Part shown: one piece after another, positions 30,888 to 41,578 of the stretch
Layout: each line of letters begins with the position of its first letter
Numbering within the stretch: position 1 is the first letter of the stretch
Origin: an uncultured Alphaproteobacteria bacterium
GTDB lineage: Bacteria; Pseudomonadota; Alphaproteobacteria; HIMB59
DNA: 64,000 nt
NCBI GenBank assembly: GCA_902538085.1
Contig: CACBDV010000001.1
Span: 43,766 to 107,765 of the forward strand
Direction: 5' to 3'
Made by a program: the position numbers and the translations under genes
Notes under the pieces: generated by a model
What the model was told of the DNA's origin: nothing
The model's database searches: none
The model's input: the letters and a program-made list of their open reading frames with translations, nothing else

Positions 30888-31897
30888 ATACCATCATCAA
30901 ATCAGTTGGTTCAATTAATATTCAAGATTTTGTAGAAATCTCTAATTTTGATAAAGACTCAGGTTTCTATAATAAACCAAATATTGAAAAAATTGGCAAA
31001 GATGGTCAGTTTATGACATCTCCAGAAATATCCTCTTTATTTAGCATGGCCCTTACTAATCAGTTTTTAAAAGAATTTCCAAAGGTTAAAAATGTAAATT
31101 TATTGGAGTTAGGTCCTGGTAATGGGATACTTACATTAGATATTTATCATTATCTTAAATCAAAGAATATCAATGTTAATAACATTACTTTATTAGAAAG
31201 AAGTGATTATTTTAAAGGAAAAATTTTTGAAAGATCAGATGTAGAATTTAATTTTATAGAAAATATCTATGATTATGAAATAGATAACGACGATACTGTT
31301 TTTATTTACTCTAACGAATTTTTTGACGCCATTGGGTCTAAGCAATTTATATTTAATAATGGTAATTTTAATGAAATAAAAATATCAAGAGAAAATAATA
31401 GATATTTTTTAATTCAAGATAGTGTTGCGATGTCTGGAGAATTAATAGATCGCTATTCAAAATACAAATTTAAAAATAATGATATACTTGAGCATTCAAA
31501 TTTAATTTTGAATATACTAAGTGATATTCAAAACTTAAATTGCAAAAATTATTTTTTTACTACAACTGATTATGGCTACACGAAATTACCATTAAAAAGT
31601 ACTCTTAGATTATTATCGAGCCATAAAAAATTAGACTTATTTGATGAATTTGAAAATGTAGATTATTCTTTCGGGGTTAATTTCGAGTTATTAAAGGATT
31701 TTTTTATTAGTAAAAATCCACAAATTATAAACCAAAAAGATTTAATTTGTAATAATCTCCCAAACGAATACCTAAAATCAAGTAACAAGAATATTAGAGA
31801 AATTATTGAGTTAATTAGTGGAGAAAAATTTAATGATATGGGTCAGGTATTTTTGAATCTCTCTTTTAAAAAAGATGGAACAATCAGTAAAATTTAA
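30866..31897 (+). CDS. MidA/NDUFAF7-family SAM-dependent methyltransferase
   Basis: FMTSPEIS, ELGPGNG, NEFFDA, DYGY; lgt-MidA-pgeF synteny. Confidence 0.88.
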   Translation: MSIQTKIDTIIKSVGSINIQDFVEISNFDKDSGFYNKPNIEKIGKDGQFMTSPEISSLFSMALTNQFLKEFPKVKNVNLLELGPGNGILTLDIYHYLKSKNINVNNITLLERSDYFKGKIFERSDVEFNFIENIYDYEIDNDDTVFIYSNEFFDAIGSKQFIFNNGNFNEIKISRENNRYFLIQDSVAMSGELIDRYSKYKFKNNDILEHSNLILNILSDIQNLNCKNYFFTTTDYGYTKLPLKSTLRLLSSHKKLDLFDEFENVDYSFGVNFELLKDFFISKNPQIINQKDLICNNLPNEYLKSSNKNIREIIELISGEKFNDMGQVFLNLSFKKDGTISKI

Positions 31898-32588
31898 GTT
31901 TTTTAATAATAAAAATGGAAAATCAAAGGGAATTTATAATTCTCTTAATTGCGGATTAAAGTCTAGAGATAATAAAAATAATGTAAAAGAAAATATTGAA
32001 ATTGCTAAAAATCTCATATCTAAAGAAAAAAAAGTATTAATTATTCCTAACCAATCACATTCAAGCAAATGTCTTATAGTCAGAAAAAATAAATCTGTTT
32101 ACAATTGTGATGGTGTTGTGACACGAGATGATAAATTTATTCTCGGTATTACGACAGCTGATTGTTTGCCAATAATATTTATTGATTACCAAAATAAAGT
32201 CATAGGAATTTGCCATGCAGGATGGAGAGGTTTAAAAAGAGATATCATTGAAAATACCATAAATAAAATGCTTCAAATTGGCTCCATAAAGTCAAATATT
32301 AGGGCTTTTATAGGACCTTGTATAAGAAAGAACTCTTACGAGGTATCTCGAGAATTCATAAATGATATGAAATTCAAAGATAAAGGTTTATGGTCTAAAA
32401 AAGATGATAAATATTATTTTGACCTTCCTAAACTTGCTAAACGTAAATTGAATGCTTTTGGTATTTCTGAAATTGTAGACTCCAAAATAGATACTTTTAA
32501 AAACTTAAAATATTTTAGTTATCGAAGAAGTATTCATCTCAAATACAGAGATTATGGGAGAAATTTAAGCTTGGTATCTATAATTTAA
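31875..32588 (+). CDS. pgeF: PgeF/YfiH family purine nucleoside phosphorylase / peptidoglycan editing factor
   Basis: SLNCG, QSHS, TADCLP, HAGWRG, IGPCI, FSYRR. Confidence 0.93.
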   Translation: MEQSVKFKFFNNKNGKSKGIYNSLNCGLKSRDNKNNVKENIEIAKNLISKEKKVLIIPNQSHSSKCLIVRKNKSVYNCDGVVTRDDKFILGITTADCLPIIFIDYQNKVIGICHAGWRGLKRDIIENTINKMLQIGSIKSNIRAFIGPCIRKNSYEVSREFINDMKFKDKGLWSKKDDKYYFDLPKLAKRKLNAFGISEIVDSKIDTFKNLKYFSYRRSIHLKYRDYGRNLSLVSII

Positions 32589-32630
32589 CTTTGTATGGAT
32601 ATACATTTTACTATATAACCAAGCTAACTA

Positions 32631-33557
32631 ATGAAAATTATTTCTGGAAATAGTAACATTGAGTTATCTAAAGAGATTTCAGAATATCTAAAAATTCAAT
32701 TATCTGAAACAACTATGACAAGGTTTTCTGATAAAGAAATATTTGTTGAAATTGGTGAAAACGTTCGAGGAGAAGATGTTTTTTTAGTTCAATCAACTTC
32801 TTTCCCTGCCAATGACAATTTAATGGAATTATTGGTAGCAATTGATGCTCTAAAACGTGGGTCTGCAAAAAGAATTACTGCTGTTTTGCCATATTTTGGT
32901 TATGCAAGACAGGATAGAAAAACTGGACCAAGAACTCCTATATCAGCAAAATTAGTAGCCAATCTAATTACCACAGCTGGTGCAAATAGAGTTTTAACAA
33001 TGGATCTACACGCAGGTCAAATTCAAGGTTTTTTTGATATCCCCTTAGACAACCTATATGCAACTAATATGTTCATGAGTGATATTAAATCAAATAAAAG
33101 GGATGAAAATCTTGTATTTGTCTCTCCAGACGTCGGAGGTGTTTTAAGAGCTAGAGCATTTGCAAAAAAACTCGACGCTGATTTAGCTATAATTGATAAA
33201 CGTAGAGACGCTCCAGGTGTGTCTAATGCTATGAATGTCATAGGCTCGGTTGATGGAAAAAAATGTATAATCGTTGACGATTTGGTTGACTCAGGAGGAA
33301 CAATTTGCAATGCGGCTAAAGCTCTTAAAGAGAATGGTGCCACAGAGGTTTATGGATATTGTTCTCATGGTGTTTACTCTGGAAAGGCTTTAGACAACAT
33401 AAATAATTCAGTTTTAGAGGAAATGGTTTGTACAAATACAATTAAACCCACTTTTGAAGTGCCCTCATCAATGAGGTATTTATCTGTAGCTCCACTTTTT
33501 GGTGAAGCTATTAAGCGTATTAATAACGAAACTTCTATATCTTCTCTGTTTGATTAA
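32631..33557 (+). CDS. prs: ribose-phosphate pyrophosphokinase
   Basis: [39 protein letters not shown]. Confidence 0.98.
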   Translation: MKIISGNSNIELSKEISEYLKIQLSETTMTRFSDKEIFVEIGENVRGEDVFLVQSTSFPANDNLMELLVAIDALKRGSAKRITAVLPYFGYARQDRKTGPRTPISAKLVANLITTAGANRVLTMDLHAGQIQGFFDIPLDNLYATNMFMSDIKSNKRDENLVFVSPDVGGVLRARAFAKKLDADLAIIDKRRDAPGVSNAMNVIGSVDGKKCIIVDDLVDSGGTICNAAKALKENGATEVYGYCSHGVYSGKALDNINNSVLEEMVCTNTIKPTFEVPSSMRYLSVAPLFGEAIKRINNETSISSLFD

Positions 33558-33586
33558 TCTAGGATTTTGTTGTATAAACTCAGCCT

Positions 33587-34240
33587 ATGAAAATTAGTGG
33601 AAATATCCCAGCTAAAGAGCGAAAAAAAGGAAATACTAATCCATATTTAAAAGAAGGTTTGATACCCTCTATTATTTATGGTGGTAAGACTGACCCTGTA
33701 ATGGTAGCAGTCGACACTATTCAGCTTAAAAAAAGATTTGATGAGGGTGGCTTCTACTCAAAAATATTTGAAGTCGAATTTGGTGATAAAAAAGAAGCAG
33801 TAATTGTCAAAAGTGTTCAAAGACATAAAGTTAAACATAACCCTATTCATATAGATTTTCAAAGAGTGGATGAAAAAACAAAAATAGTAATATCAGTCCC
33901 TGTTGAATTTACCAACCAAGAGTTATCTCCTGGATTAAAACAAGGTGGTATCTTAAACGTTGTTCGAAGAGAAATCGAGTTGTCTTGTCTTGCTAATAAT
34001 ATACCAGAAAAATTTGTTATCTCTCTTGAGGGTAAGGAAATTGGTGATGATATCAGATTAAGTTCTGTGACTTTAAGTGAGGGAATGAAGCCCACTATTC
34101 AAGGTAGAGATTTTATGTTAGCTACGGTTCAGGCTCCAAAGGTTGAAAAAGAACCAGAACCAGAAGAAACCGAAGAGACAACTGAAGAAACAGCAGAAAA
34201 AACCGAAGATAAGAAAGAAGAAGAAAAAGCAGCCGAATAA
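33587..34240 (+). CDS. rplY: 50S ribosomal protein L25/Ctc with acidic C-terminal tail
   Basis: IPSIIYG, HIDFQR, SPGLKQGG; prs-rplY-pth-ychF synteny. Confidence 0.95.
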   Translation: MKISGNIPAKERKKGNTNPYLKEGLIPSIIYGGKTDPVMVAVDTIQLKKRFDEGGFYSKIFEVEFGDKKEAVIVKSVQRHKVKHNPIHIDFQRVDEKTKIVISVPVEFTNQELSPGLKQGGILNVVRREIELSCLANNIPEKFVISLEGKEIGDDIRLSSVTLSEGMKPTIQGRDFMLATVQAPKVEKEPEPEETEETTEETAEKTEDKKEEEKAAE

Positions 34241-34254
34241 TATAGTCTATCTAT

Positions 34255-34803
34255 ATGCTTACTTTATATTGCCTAGGCAATCCAACAGTTAAACATAAAA
34301 ATAATAGGCATAACGCTGGACTATTACTTGGAGAATTTCTAGTCGATAAATTAGAACTCAAACTAAAAAAATTTAAGAACTTTAAACTTTCTAATTCTTT
34401 CCTACTTGATGGCCAAAAATGTCAAATCGCTTTATCTGAAAGTTATATGAATGAGTCCGGAAACGGTATACTGAGCATCAAAACAAATAAACTCAGTAAG
34501 TTAGATGAAATATTTGTTCTATATGACGAACTAGATTTGGATTTAGGGGAGATAAAAATTAAATTTGCGGGAGGAAACGCTGGTCATAATGGGCTAAGAA
34601 GTATCAGTAGTAAAATTGGAGATAACTATTGGAAGCTCAGAATTGGAATTGGTCATCCTGGTGTTAAAGATAAGGTGACAAAACATGTACTGGGTAACTT
34701 TAATACAGAAGAAAAGAAACAGCTCATCTTATTATTTGAAGTTATATACTTAAACTTATCTCAGATATTTGTATCGAAACATTTATCTAATCTAGGCATT
34801 TAA
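34255..34803 (+). CDS. pth: peptidyl-tRNA hydrolase
   Basis: LGNP, RHNAG, YMNESG, DELDL, GHNGLRS, LRIGIGHP. Confidence 0.95.
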   Translation: MLTLYCLGNPTVKHKNNRHNAGLLLGEFLVDKLELKLKKFKNFKLSNSFLLDGQKCQIALSESYMNESGNGILSIKTNKLSKLDEIFVLYDELDLDLGEIKIKFAGGNAGHNGLRSISSKIGDNYWKLRIGIGHPGVKDKVTKHVLGNFNTEEKKQLILLFEVIYLNLSQIFVSKHLSNLGI

Positions 34804-35889
34804 ATGAAGTGCGGAATCATTGGCCTGCCAAATGTTGGAAAATCTACTTTATTTAATGCTTTATGTGAAAATGAGCAAGCTTTAGCAGCCAATTATCCTT
34901 TTGCAACAATTGACCCAAATAGCTCTTTAGTAAGAGTGCCAGATGATAGAATTCAAAAAATTGCTGCAATATGCAACCCACAAAAAATAATTCCTGCAGC
35001 TTTTGAAATAGTTGATATTGCAGGTCTTGTAAAAGGAGCCTCCAAAGGTGAGGGTCTTGGGAATGCTTTTTTATCTCATATACGCTCAGTTAATGCGTTA
35101 TTTCATATTGTGAGATGTTTTGAAGATGATGATATACAACACGTTGAAAATAGAATTAATCCTCTCGAAGATATAAAAATAATTAATGCTGAATTAGCTT
35201 TATCTGATCTAGAGATCTTGGAAAAAAATTATCAGAAACTAAAAAAAACTCAAAAAACAGATGATGATAAAAAAAAGATATTGATAATTGAAAAAGCAAT
35301 AGATCTTATTTCTAAAGAAAAAGGAATTTTGAGCAATTTAAATAAAGATGAGATTGAATATTTGCATATTTTTCAACTTATATCTATTAAACCCGTTGTA
35401 TATGTTTGTAATGTTGATGAAAATTCATCTGTAAGCGGAAATGCATACACTAAGTCTATTGAGGAATATTCTAAATTGAATGACTCAGAGACATTGATTG
35501 TAAGTGCTAAAATTGAGTCTGAAATTTCACAAATAAACGATCATGAAGAAAAAAAAATGTTTCTTGATAGTATAGGCCTTAAAGAAACCGGTCTTAAAAG
35601 AGTTATTAAAAAAGGTTATGAACTTTTAAATTATATAAATTTTTTTACTGCTGGTGAGAAAGAGCTAAGAGCATGGACGATTATTAGAGGTACGTTAGCG
35701 CCCAATGCTGCTGGAGAAATTCATAGTGATATGGAAAAAGGTTTTATTAGAGCTGAGACAATTTCATATGAAGATTATATTGAATACAAGGGAGAAAGTG
35801 GTGCTAAAGAAAAAGGAAAGTTAAGATTGGAAGGAAAAGAATATGTAGTCAAAGATGGCGATATTATCCACTTCTTATTTAATGTTTAA
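34804..35889 (+). CDS. ychF: ribosome-binding ATPase YchF
   Basis: [39 protein letters not shown] domain. Confidence 0.98.
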   Translation: MKCGIIGLPNVGKSTLFNALCENEQALAANYPFATIDPNSSLVRVPDDRIQKIAAICNPQKIIPAAFEIVDIAGLVKGASKGEGLGNAFLSHIRSVNALFHIVRCFEDDDIQHVENRINPLEDIKIINAELALSDLEILEKNYQKLKKTQKTDDDKKKILIIEKAIDLISKEKGILSNLNKDEIEYLHIFQLISIKPVVYVCNVDENSSVSGNAYTKSIEEYSKLNDSETLIVSAKIESEISQINDHEEKKMFLDSIGLKETGLKRVIKKGYELLNYINFFTAGEKELRAWTIIRGTLAPNAAGEIHSDMEKGFIRAETISYEDYIEYKGESGAKEKGKLRLEGKEYVVKDGDIIHFLFNV

Positions 35890-36631
35890 TATTTCTCCAA
35901 ATTTGTTGTTTAGAAATATAGGCTAAGACGAACAATACCAATAAAAATAGTATCACTTTTAAACCCATTCTCTTTCGGTCCTCTAAGCTAGGCTCAGCTG
36001 CCCAAGCTAAAAAAGTTGTAACATCTGTTGTCATTTGATCCATTGTGCTTTCAGTTCCATCATCATAATCAACAAGACCATCAGACAAAGGAGATGTCAT
36101 GGCAATTAGATTACCTGCCATAAATTTATTATAGTGTTGACCTTTTGGAACTTTCATATTCTCTGGTGGATCAACATATCCAAGCAACAATGCTTTAATG
36201 TAATCAGCACCTTTAGGTCTGGCTTTAACTATTAAAGATAAATCAGGTGGGTAAGCTCCGTTATTGGCAGCTCTAGCAGCATTTTCATTAAGATATGGGT
36301 TAACAAACTGATCTGAGGGAATTCCGTCTCTTTCAAACATTTCTCCTTCATCATTTGGTCCATCTAAAACTAAGTGTTCGGCTGCAATAGCTTTTATATG
36401 ATCTTCACTAAAACCAAGGTCCGCTAAATTTCTATAAGACAAATAATTCATGGAATGGCATCCAGCGCAAACTTCTCTATAAACTTTTAAACCTCTTTGA
36501 GCTGAGGCACGATCATATGTACCGAAAAAACCTTTCCAAGACCAATCATATTTTGGAATATCAATTTTAGCTCCAGCACCATACAAATTGAAACTAAAAA
36601 GTAAAAAAATGGCCAGTAGAGCTTTTCTCAT
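35879..36631 (-). CDS. petC: cytochrome c1
   Basis: CAGCH heme motif, PPDLSLI, FLAWAAEP, C-terminal TM. Confidence 0.97.
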   Translation of the reverse strand: MRKALLAIFLLFSFNLYGAGAKIDIPKYDWSWKGFFGTYDRASAQRGLKVYREVCAGCHSMNYLSYRNLADLGFSEDHIKAIAAEHLVLDGPNDEGEMFERDGIPSDQFVNPYLNENAARAANNGAYPPDLSLIVKARPKGADYIKALLLGYVDPPENMKVPKGQHYNKFMAGNLIAMTSPLSDGLVDYDDGTESTMDQMTTDVTTFLAWAAEPSLEDRKRMGLKVILFLLVLFVLAYISKQQIWRNIKH

Positions 36632-36632
36632 A

Positions 36633-37877
36633 TTAGGCTTTTTTGCTTTGCAAATAATTTGTGATAGTTAGAGGTTGTCGTGGTGTTTCTAAAAATCCTA
36701 CAAGTGGGGCTAAAACAAATATAAACAAAAACCAATATGCAGTTCCAATCCTTGAGATAAGTACATAAAGACCTTCAGCAGGTTTACCTCCAACATACAT
36801 AAGAACCAAAAAGTTTACAGCAAACAAGAGAACACAGTATCTCCAGATAGGTCTAAATAAACATGATCTAACTTTAGATGTGTCTAGCCATGGTAGTAAG
36901 CCTAATGCTAGAATGGAGCTAAACATAGCTATCACACCGCCTAGTTTATCTGGAATAGCTCTAAGTATTGCATAAAAAGGTAGAAAGTACCACTCAGGCA
37001 CAATATGTGCAGGAGTTACCATAGGGTTAGCTTTGATGTAATTATCGGAGTGGCCTAAAATATTTGGGTAATAAAAGAGAATAAATGCCAAAATGATAAA
37101 GAAAAATATTGTAGCATTTAGATCTTTAATAGTTACGTATGGATGAAAACTCACTGTTTCATCCCAGCTTTGAGGCTCTGTGCCAGTCGGATTATTAGAA
37201 CCAGTCATATGCAGTGTAATTACGTGAAAGACTACTAAACCGACAATTGCAAAAGCTAATAGCCAATGAAGTACATAAAAACGATTAACAGCTGAATCAC
37301 CAACAGTGAAGTCACCAAGAAGTAATGTGAGTATAGCATCTCCTACAACAGGAATAGCTGAGAAGAGATTTGTTATAACTGTTGCTCCCCAATAAGACAT
37401 CTGACCCCATGGGAGTGTATATCCTAGAAATGCAGTTGCCATCATCAGCATGAACATGGTCAAACCAAAAATGTAGACTAACTCTCTGGGTGCTTTGTAT
37501 GATCCGAAATAAAGAGCTCTAAAAATGTGAATAAAAGTAGCTATAAAGAAAAAGGAAACTAAGTTGGCATGCAAATATCTAATTAACCAACCAAAACTAA
37601 CGTCTCTCATGATCCTTTCAACAGAGTCAAAGGCATCATCGGCTGAGGGCTTATAGTGAAACCCTAAAAAAATTCCAGTTAAAATTAGACCTATAAGGCA
37701 AAACATCGCTATACCACCAAATGACCAAAAGTAATTAAGCGATTTTGGGACAGGAAACTTCAAATATTCTGCTTCCATCATTCTTATAAGAGGAAGTCTA
37801 GAGTCAATCCAACCTTTTATGCCAGTGTATGGTGAATTTAGTGTTTTTTTGTAACCTTGTAATTCATTTGAACTCAT
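36633..37877 (-). CDS. petB: cytochrome b
   Basis: LPWGQMSYWGATVITN, PEWY motif, heme-ligand His residues. Confidence 0.98.
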   Translation of the reverse strand: MSSNELQGYKKTLNSPYTGIKGWIDSRLPLIRMMEAEYLKFPVPKSLNYFWSFGGIAMFCLIGLILTGIFLGFHYKPSADDAFDSVERIMRDVSFGWLIRYLHANLVSFFFIATFIHIFRALYFGSYKAPRELVYIFGLTMFMLMMATAFLGYTLPWGQMSYWGATVITNLFSAIPVVGDAILTLLLGDFTVGDSAVNRFYVLHWLLAFAIVGLVVFHVITLHMTGSNNPTGTEPQSWDETVSFHPYVTIKDLNATIFFFIILAFILFYYPNILGHSDNYIKANPMVTPAHIVPEWYFLPFYAILRAIPDKLGGVIAMFSSILALGLLPWLDTSKVRSCLFRPIWRYCVLLFAVNFLVLMYVGGKPAEGLYVLISRIGTAYWFLFIFVLAPLVGFLETPRQPLTITNYLQSKKA

Positions 37878-37881
37878 TAAA

Positions 37882-38406
37882 TTATCCTATCTTTATTCTG
37901 TTATCTGTTAAAAAAACGTAAGGGGGAACAGGTAAGTTGGTCGGAGCTGGACCTTTTCTTATCCTGCCAGAAGTATCATAATGAGAACCATGACAAGGGC
38001 AAAACCATCCTCCATAGTCTCCTTTTGTATCCGAAGCTTTTTGTCCAAGAGGTACACAACCTAAATGAGTACAAACACCTAATACAACTAACCAATTATC
38101 TTTTTGAACTCTAGCAGAGTCCTCCTCTGCATCTGGTAGATCCTCTAAAGAAATATTTCTAGCACTGTCAATTTCACTTTTTGTTCGATGCTTTATAAAA
38201 ACAGGTTTACCTCTCCATATAACTGTCAAACTCTGGCCCTCTTCCAAGGGAGATAAATCTATTTCAGTTGATGCCAAGGCTAGAGTATCTTTGCCTGGAT
38301 TCATGCTTGATATAAAAGGAATAAGTAAACTAGCAGCACCAACCCCTCCTAGAGTCATTGCTGATAATTTAATAAAATCTCTTCTTGGTTTTTTACTATT
38401 TGACAT
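37882..38406 (-). CDS. petA: Rieske iron-sulfur protein of the bc1 complex
   Basis: Tat RRDF signal; CTHLGC and CPCHGS. Confidence 0.98.
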   Translation of the reverse strand: MSNSKKPRRDFIKLSAMTLGGVGAASLLIPFISSMNPGKDTLALASTEIDLSPLEEGQSLTVIWRGKPVFIKHRTKSEIDSARNISLEDLPDAEEDSARVQKDNWLVVLGVCTHLGCVPLGQKASDTKGDYGGWFCPCHGSHYDTSGRIRKGPAPTNLPVPPYVFLTDNRIKIG

Positions 38407-38463
38407 TTGGGTTTAAATCTAACTAGATTTTATTGGTAAGATGTAGCATAAGTAGTAGTCATC

Positions 38464-38919
38464 ATGACGCATAAATTTGCAATTTGTCTCTATCAGCCCG
38501 ATATGCCTCAAAATCTTGGTGTGATTATCAGAACCGCCGCTTGTTTAGAGTTTCCCCTTCACATAATCAAACCTTTGCCTTTCTCAATGACAGATAAAAG
38601 ATTTAAAGGCGCTGTGATGGATTACATAGACCATTGTGAAATTGTAAATCACGAAAATTGGGATAATTTTTATTTATATTCAAAAAAAAATAACAACAGA
38701 ATAATCTTAGCCACTACTAAAACCGACAATAACCTTTACGAGTTTAAGTTTGAAGATAATGATATTATTTTATTTGGAAAAGAAACAGCAGGTGTGCCAG
38801 AAACAATTCATAATACTGTCAATAACAAAATAACAATACCGATAAACAGCAAAACAAGATCATTAAATCTTGCTACCTCTGTTGCAATTATAGTTTCATC
38901 TATTAAAGCTGATTTTTAA
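38464..38919 (+). CDS. trmL: tRNA (cytidine34/uridine34-2'-O)-methyltransferase
   Basis: YQPDMPQNLG, FGKETAGVP, RSLNLA SPOUT motifs; minimal size. Confidence 0.9.
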   Translation: MTHKFAICLYQPDMPQNLGVIIRTAACLEFPLHIIKPLPFSMTDKRFKGAVMDYIDHCEIVNHENWDNFYLYSKKNNNRIILATTKTDNNLYEFKFEDNDIILFGKETAGVPETIHNTVNNKITIPINSKTRSLNLATSVAIIVSSIKADF

Positions 38920-39641
38920 GATAAAAAATCTAAAAATTGCCTCAGCTCATTATTCTCTTTTAAAAAAGAAATGGTATTTTTTGGAAATGGCATCTTGTAG
39001 ATCTTATTAAGCTCTTGTGATATTTTTTTTTCTTTAACAAAATCTGTAATGTTTTTTGAGAGTAACATTATAGCTTCCAAATCAGCTGGAAAGGTTTTTG
39101 TATTTTCAAATAATGATAGAAACCTGATATATCTTATTGCCCTTAGATAATCTTTTTGGATTTGTACAATTGGGTCAAAAATAAACTTCAAGTAATTATT
39201 TTTAAAATGCTCAACACCTGAATAAAAATCGAACACCTCCCCGATTAAATTTATATATATGCTATTAAATGTAAAATCTCTTCTTAAAGAGTCCTCTTTA
39301 ATACTCAAGGCATTAGCAATTTTTGAATGTCTTCCAGATGGGGCTACATCTTTTCTAAATGAATTTATCTGGAACTCAAAATCACCTAATTCAAATGATA
39401 TACTTTTATAGGCTTGATAATATTTTGCACTATCATATTTATCTAAAATTTTATCGACCGTTCGATCATCTAATTCTGGAATAACTACATCAATATCTTT
39501 GTTTTCGTAATTATCCGATAATAAAGACCTAGTGGCTCCTCCAATAAGATAAATATCCTTTTCTTCAAATGGAAGCATACTGCAGATTTCATCAAAATGA
39601 GAAATATTATAGATTTCTTCTACTTTTTTTTTTAAATTCAT
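38916..39641 (-). CDS. cca: class II tRNA nucleotidyltransferase (CCA-adding family), C-terminally short
   Basis: IGGATR, DID, RRDFTFN, KDYLRAIRYIRF; only 241 aa. Confidence 0.8.
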   Translation of the reverse strand: MNLKKKVEEIYNISHFDEICSMLPFEEKDIYLIGGATRSLLSDNYENKDIDVVIPELDDRTVDKILDKYDSAKYYQAYKSISFELGDFEFQINSFRKDVAPSGRHSKIANALSIKEDSLRRDFTFNSIYINLIGEVFDFYSGVEHFKNNYLKFIFDPIVQIQKDYLRAIRYIRFLSLFENTKTFPADLEAIMLLSKNITDFVKEKKISQELNKIYKMPFPKNTISFLKENNELRQFLDFLS

Positions 39642-39644
39642 CCT

Positions 39645-41462
39645 CTAATTTAATTCCATGAGTTCTAGCCATCTTTGCTCTTTATTTTCCAATTCTATTT
39701 GGAGGGAGCCTAATTTTTTAGTTGTGCTAATAAATAACTCATAGTCCTTTTTATAGAGATCTGGTGCCTCTATGATTTTTTCAAAATGAACAATTTCTTC
39801 TTTCAAAAGGTCTATTTGCTTAGGTAAATTATTAAGCTCATATTGTAATTTAAAGGTTAACTTCTTTTTATGTATATTTTTTAAATTTATATTTTTCTTT
39901 TCAGTTTTATTTTCAGTTTGAGATAAGTTATTTATATCGTTTTCAAGAAAATCTTTGTTTTTTAAGAAGTCATGATAGCCACCATTAAATAACAAAACAT
40001 CACCATTTCCTCTGAAAAATAATATTTTATTTACTAATTTGTCTAAAAAATCTCTATTGTGTGAAACAACTACAAGAGTCCCGTTGTAATTAGAAAGTAT
40101 AGACTCTACTAAATCTAAAGTATCAATATCAAGGTCATTAGTGGGCTCATCTAAGATTAAGCCACTTTTAGGATTTGATAAAACTTTTGATAAAAGTAGT
40201 CGATTTTTCATTCCACCAGATAAACTCCCGACAGGATCATTTGCTTTAGATGGATCAAAATGGAAATCTTTTAAATAACTGCATACATGTCTCTCTTTAC
40301 CCTGCGTTTTTAAGTAATCGCCACCAGAGGGGACTAAGACCTTCTTTATTGGTAAATTGTCTTTTAAATCATTTCTTAATTGGTCAAAATAGGAAAACTC
40401 TAACTCTTTTCTTAATTTTAAAGTTCCTGATTTTAAATTCAGTTCATTAAGCAAAATTTTTAAAAAAGTTGTTTTTCCAGATCCATTACCTCCCAAAAGA
40501 CCAATTCTATCTTTTTTGCTTATTTTTAAATTAAAGTTTTTTAAAATAAAATTTTTATTATTTTCTTCATAGTAAAATTCTGCATTGTGAAACTCTGCAA
40601 CATTTTTAAAATTCTTTGAATTCTCATAAATTTGATTAATTTCAATCTTTTTTGTAGCTTTTTTAAATTCGCTAATATCTTTGTCTAAATTTTCCTTTAA
40701 GTCTTTAGCTTGTTCTAACCTTCTAGTATTTCTTTTAACTCTTGCTTTAACTCCTTTATTAGCCCAATTCACCTCTAAATTGACAAATTGCTTCCTATTT
40801 TGTAGTTCTCTCTCTTCTTGTGATAAAAGAGTCTCTGACCAATTATCAAAATCACTATAACCTTTGTAGTTTATTTTTATTTTAGATCGATCTATCCATA
40901 ATATTTTATTTGTAAAGTTTTTTAGAAATTGTCGATCATGACTTACACATAAAATTGCACAATCTAGTTTTTTTAAATAATTTTCTAGCCAAACAATTGT
41001 GTCCAAGTCTAAATGATTAGTTGGTTCATCTAATAGCAAAAGATCAGATGGTTTGATTAAATTTTTGATTAGCCCTACTCTCCTTTTTTGCCCACCAGAT
41101 AGATGTTTAATTAAACTGTTTTTATCAATACTTAAATTATTGCAAAATATATCTATCTCATAATTATTATCTTGATTTTTGATTACAGATAAAATTTCTT
41201 GCTCAACGGTGTTATTATCATCATTTAATACAAAATTTTGGTTGAAATAATTTACAGCAAAATTATCAATACTCCATTTTTCACCAGCATCAATATCATG
41301 TTGACCTGATATGACATTCATTAGGGTTGATTTCCCTGCCCCATTTTTACCAACAAGCGCAATAAAATCTTTTCTATGAATATTTATATCAAGTTCCTTT
41401 AAAATTTCTTTTTTATGATAACTAACTGATCCCTCTTTAAGTGAAAATAAAAGTTGTTTCAT
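39645..41462 (-). CDS. uup: ABC-F family ATPase (Uup-like)
   Basis: Two ABC cassettes (GKNGAGKS/LSGG/DEPTN; GGNGSGKT/LSGG/DEPTN) and C-terminal coiled coil ending RWLEL. Confidence 0.9.
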   Translation of the reverse strand: MKQLLFSLKEGSVSYHKKEILKELDINIHRKDFIALVGKNGAGKSTLMNVISGQHDIDAGEKWSIDNFAVNYFNQNFVLNDDNNTVEQEILSVIKNQDNNYEIDIFCNNLSIDKNSLIKHLSGGQKRRVGLIKNLIKPSDLLLLDEPTNHLDLDTIVWLENYLKKLDCAILCVSHDRQFLKNFTNKILWIDRSKIKINYKGYSDFDNWSETLLSQEERELQNRKQFVNLEVNWANKGVKARVKRNTRRLEQAKDLKENLDKDISEFKKATKKIEINQIYENSKNFKNVAEFHNAEFYYEENNKNFILKNFNLKISKKDRIGLLGGNGSGKTTFLKILLNELNLKSGTLKLRKELEFSYFDQLRNDLKDNLPIKKVLVPSGGDYLKTQGKERHVCSYLKDFHFDPSKANDPVGSLSGGMKNRLLLSKVLSNPKSGLILDEPTNDLDIDTLDLVESILSNYNGTLVVVSHNRDFLDKLVNKILFFRGNGDVLLFNGGYHDFLKNKDFLENDINNLSQTENKTEKKNINLKNIHKKKLTFKLQYELNNLPKQIDLLKEEIVHFEKIIEAPDLYKKDYELFISTTKKLGSLQIELENKEQRWLELMELN

Positions 41463-41487
41463 ATTATTTCAATTTATAGCTTAGATA

Positions 41488-41562
41488 TGGCTGGGGCGGT
41501 AGGATTCGAACCTACGCATGCCGATACCAAAAACCGGTGCCTTACCGCTTGGCTACGCCCCA
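41488..41562 (-). tRNA. tRNA-Gln(UUG), CCA encoded
   Basis: Reverse complement TGGGGCGTAGCCAAGCGGTAAGGCACCGGTTTTTGGTATCGGCATGCGTAGGTTCGAATCCTACCGCCCCAGCCA; cloverleaf with TTG anticodon, GTTCGAA T-loop, U1-A72 pair. Confidence 0.97.
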
Positions 41563-41578
41563 TCAGGATTTAAAGAAC

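Noticed and set aside
34140-34240. GAA-rich quasi-repeat
   Set aside because: Encodes the ordinary acidic tail of L25/Ctc
41463-41578. tRNA-Gln as an integration site
   Set aside because: Flanked directly by core genes; no duplicated tRNA 3' end or integrase seen
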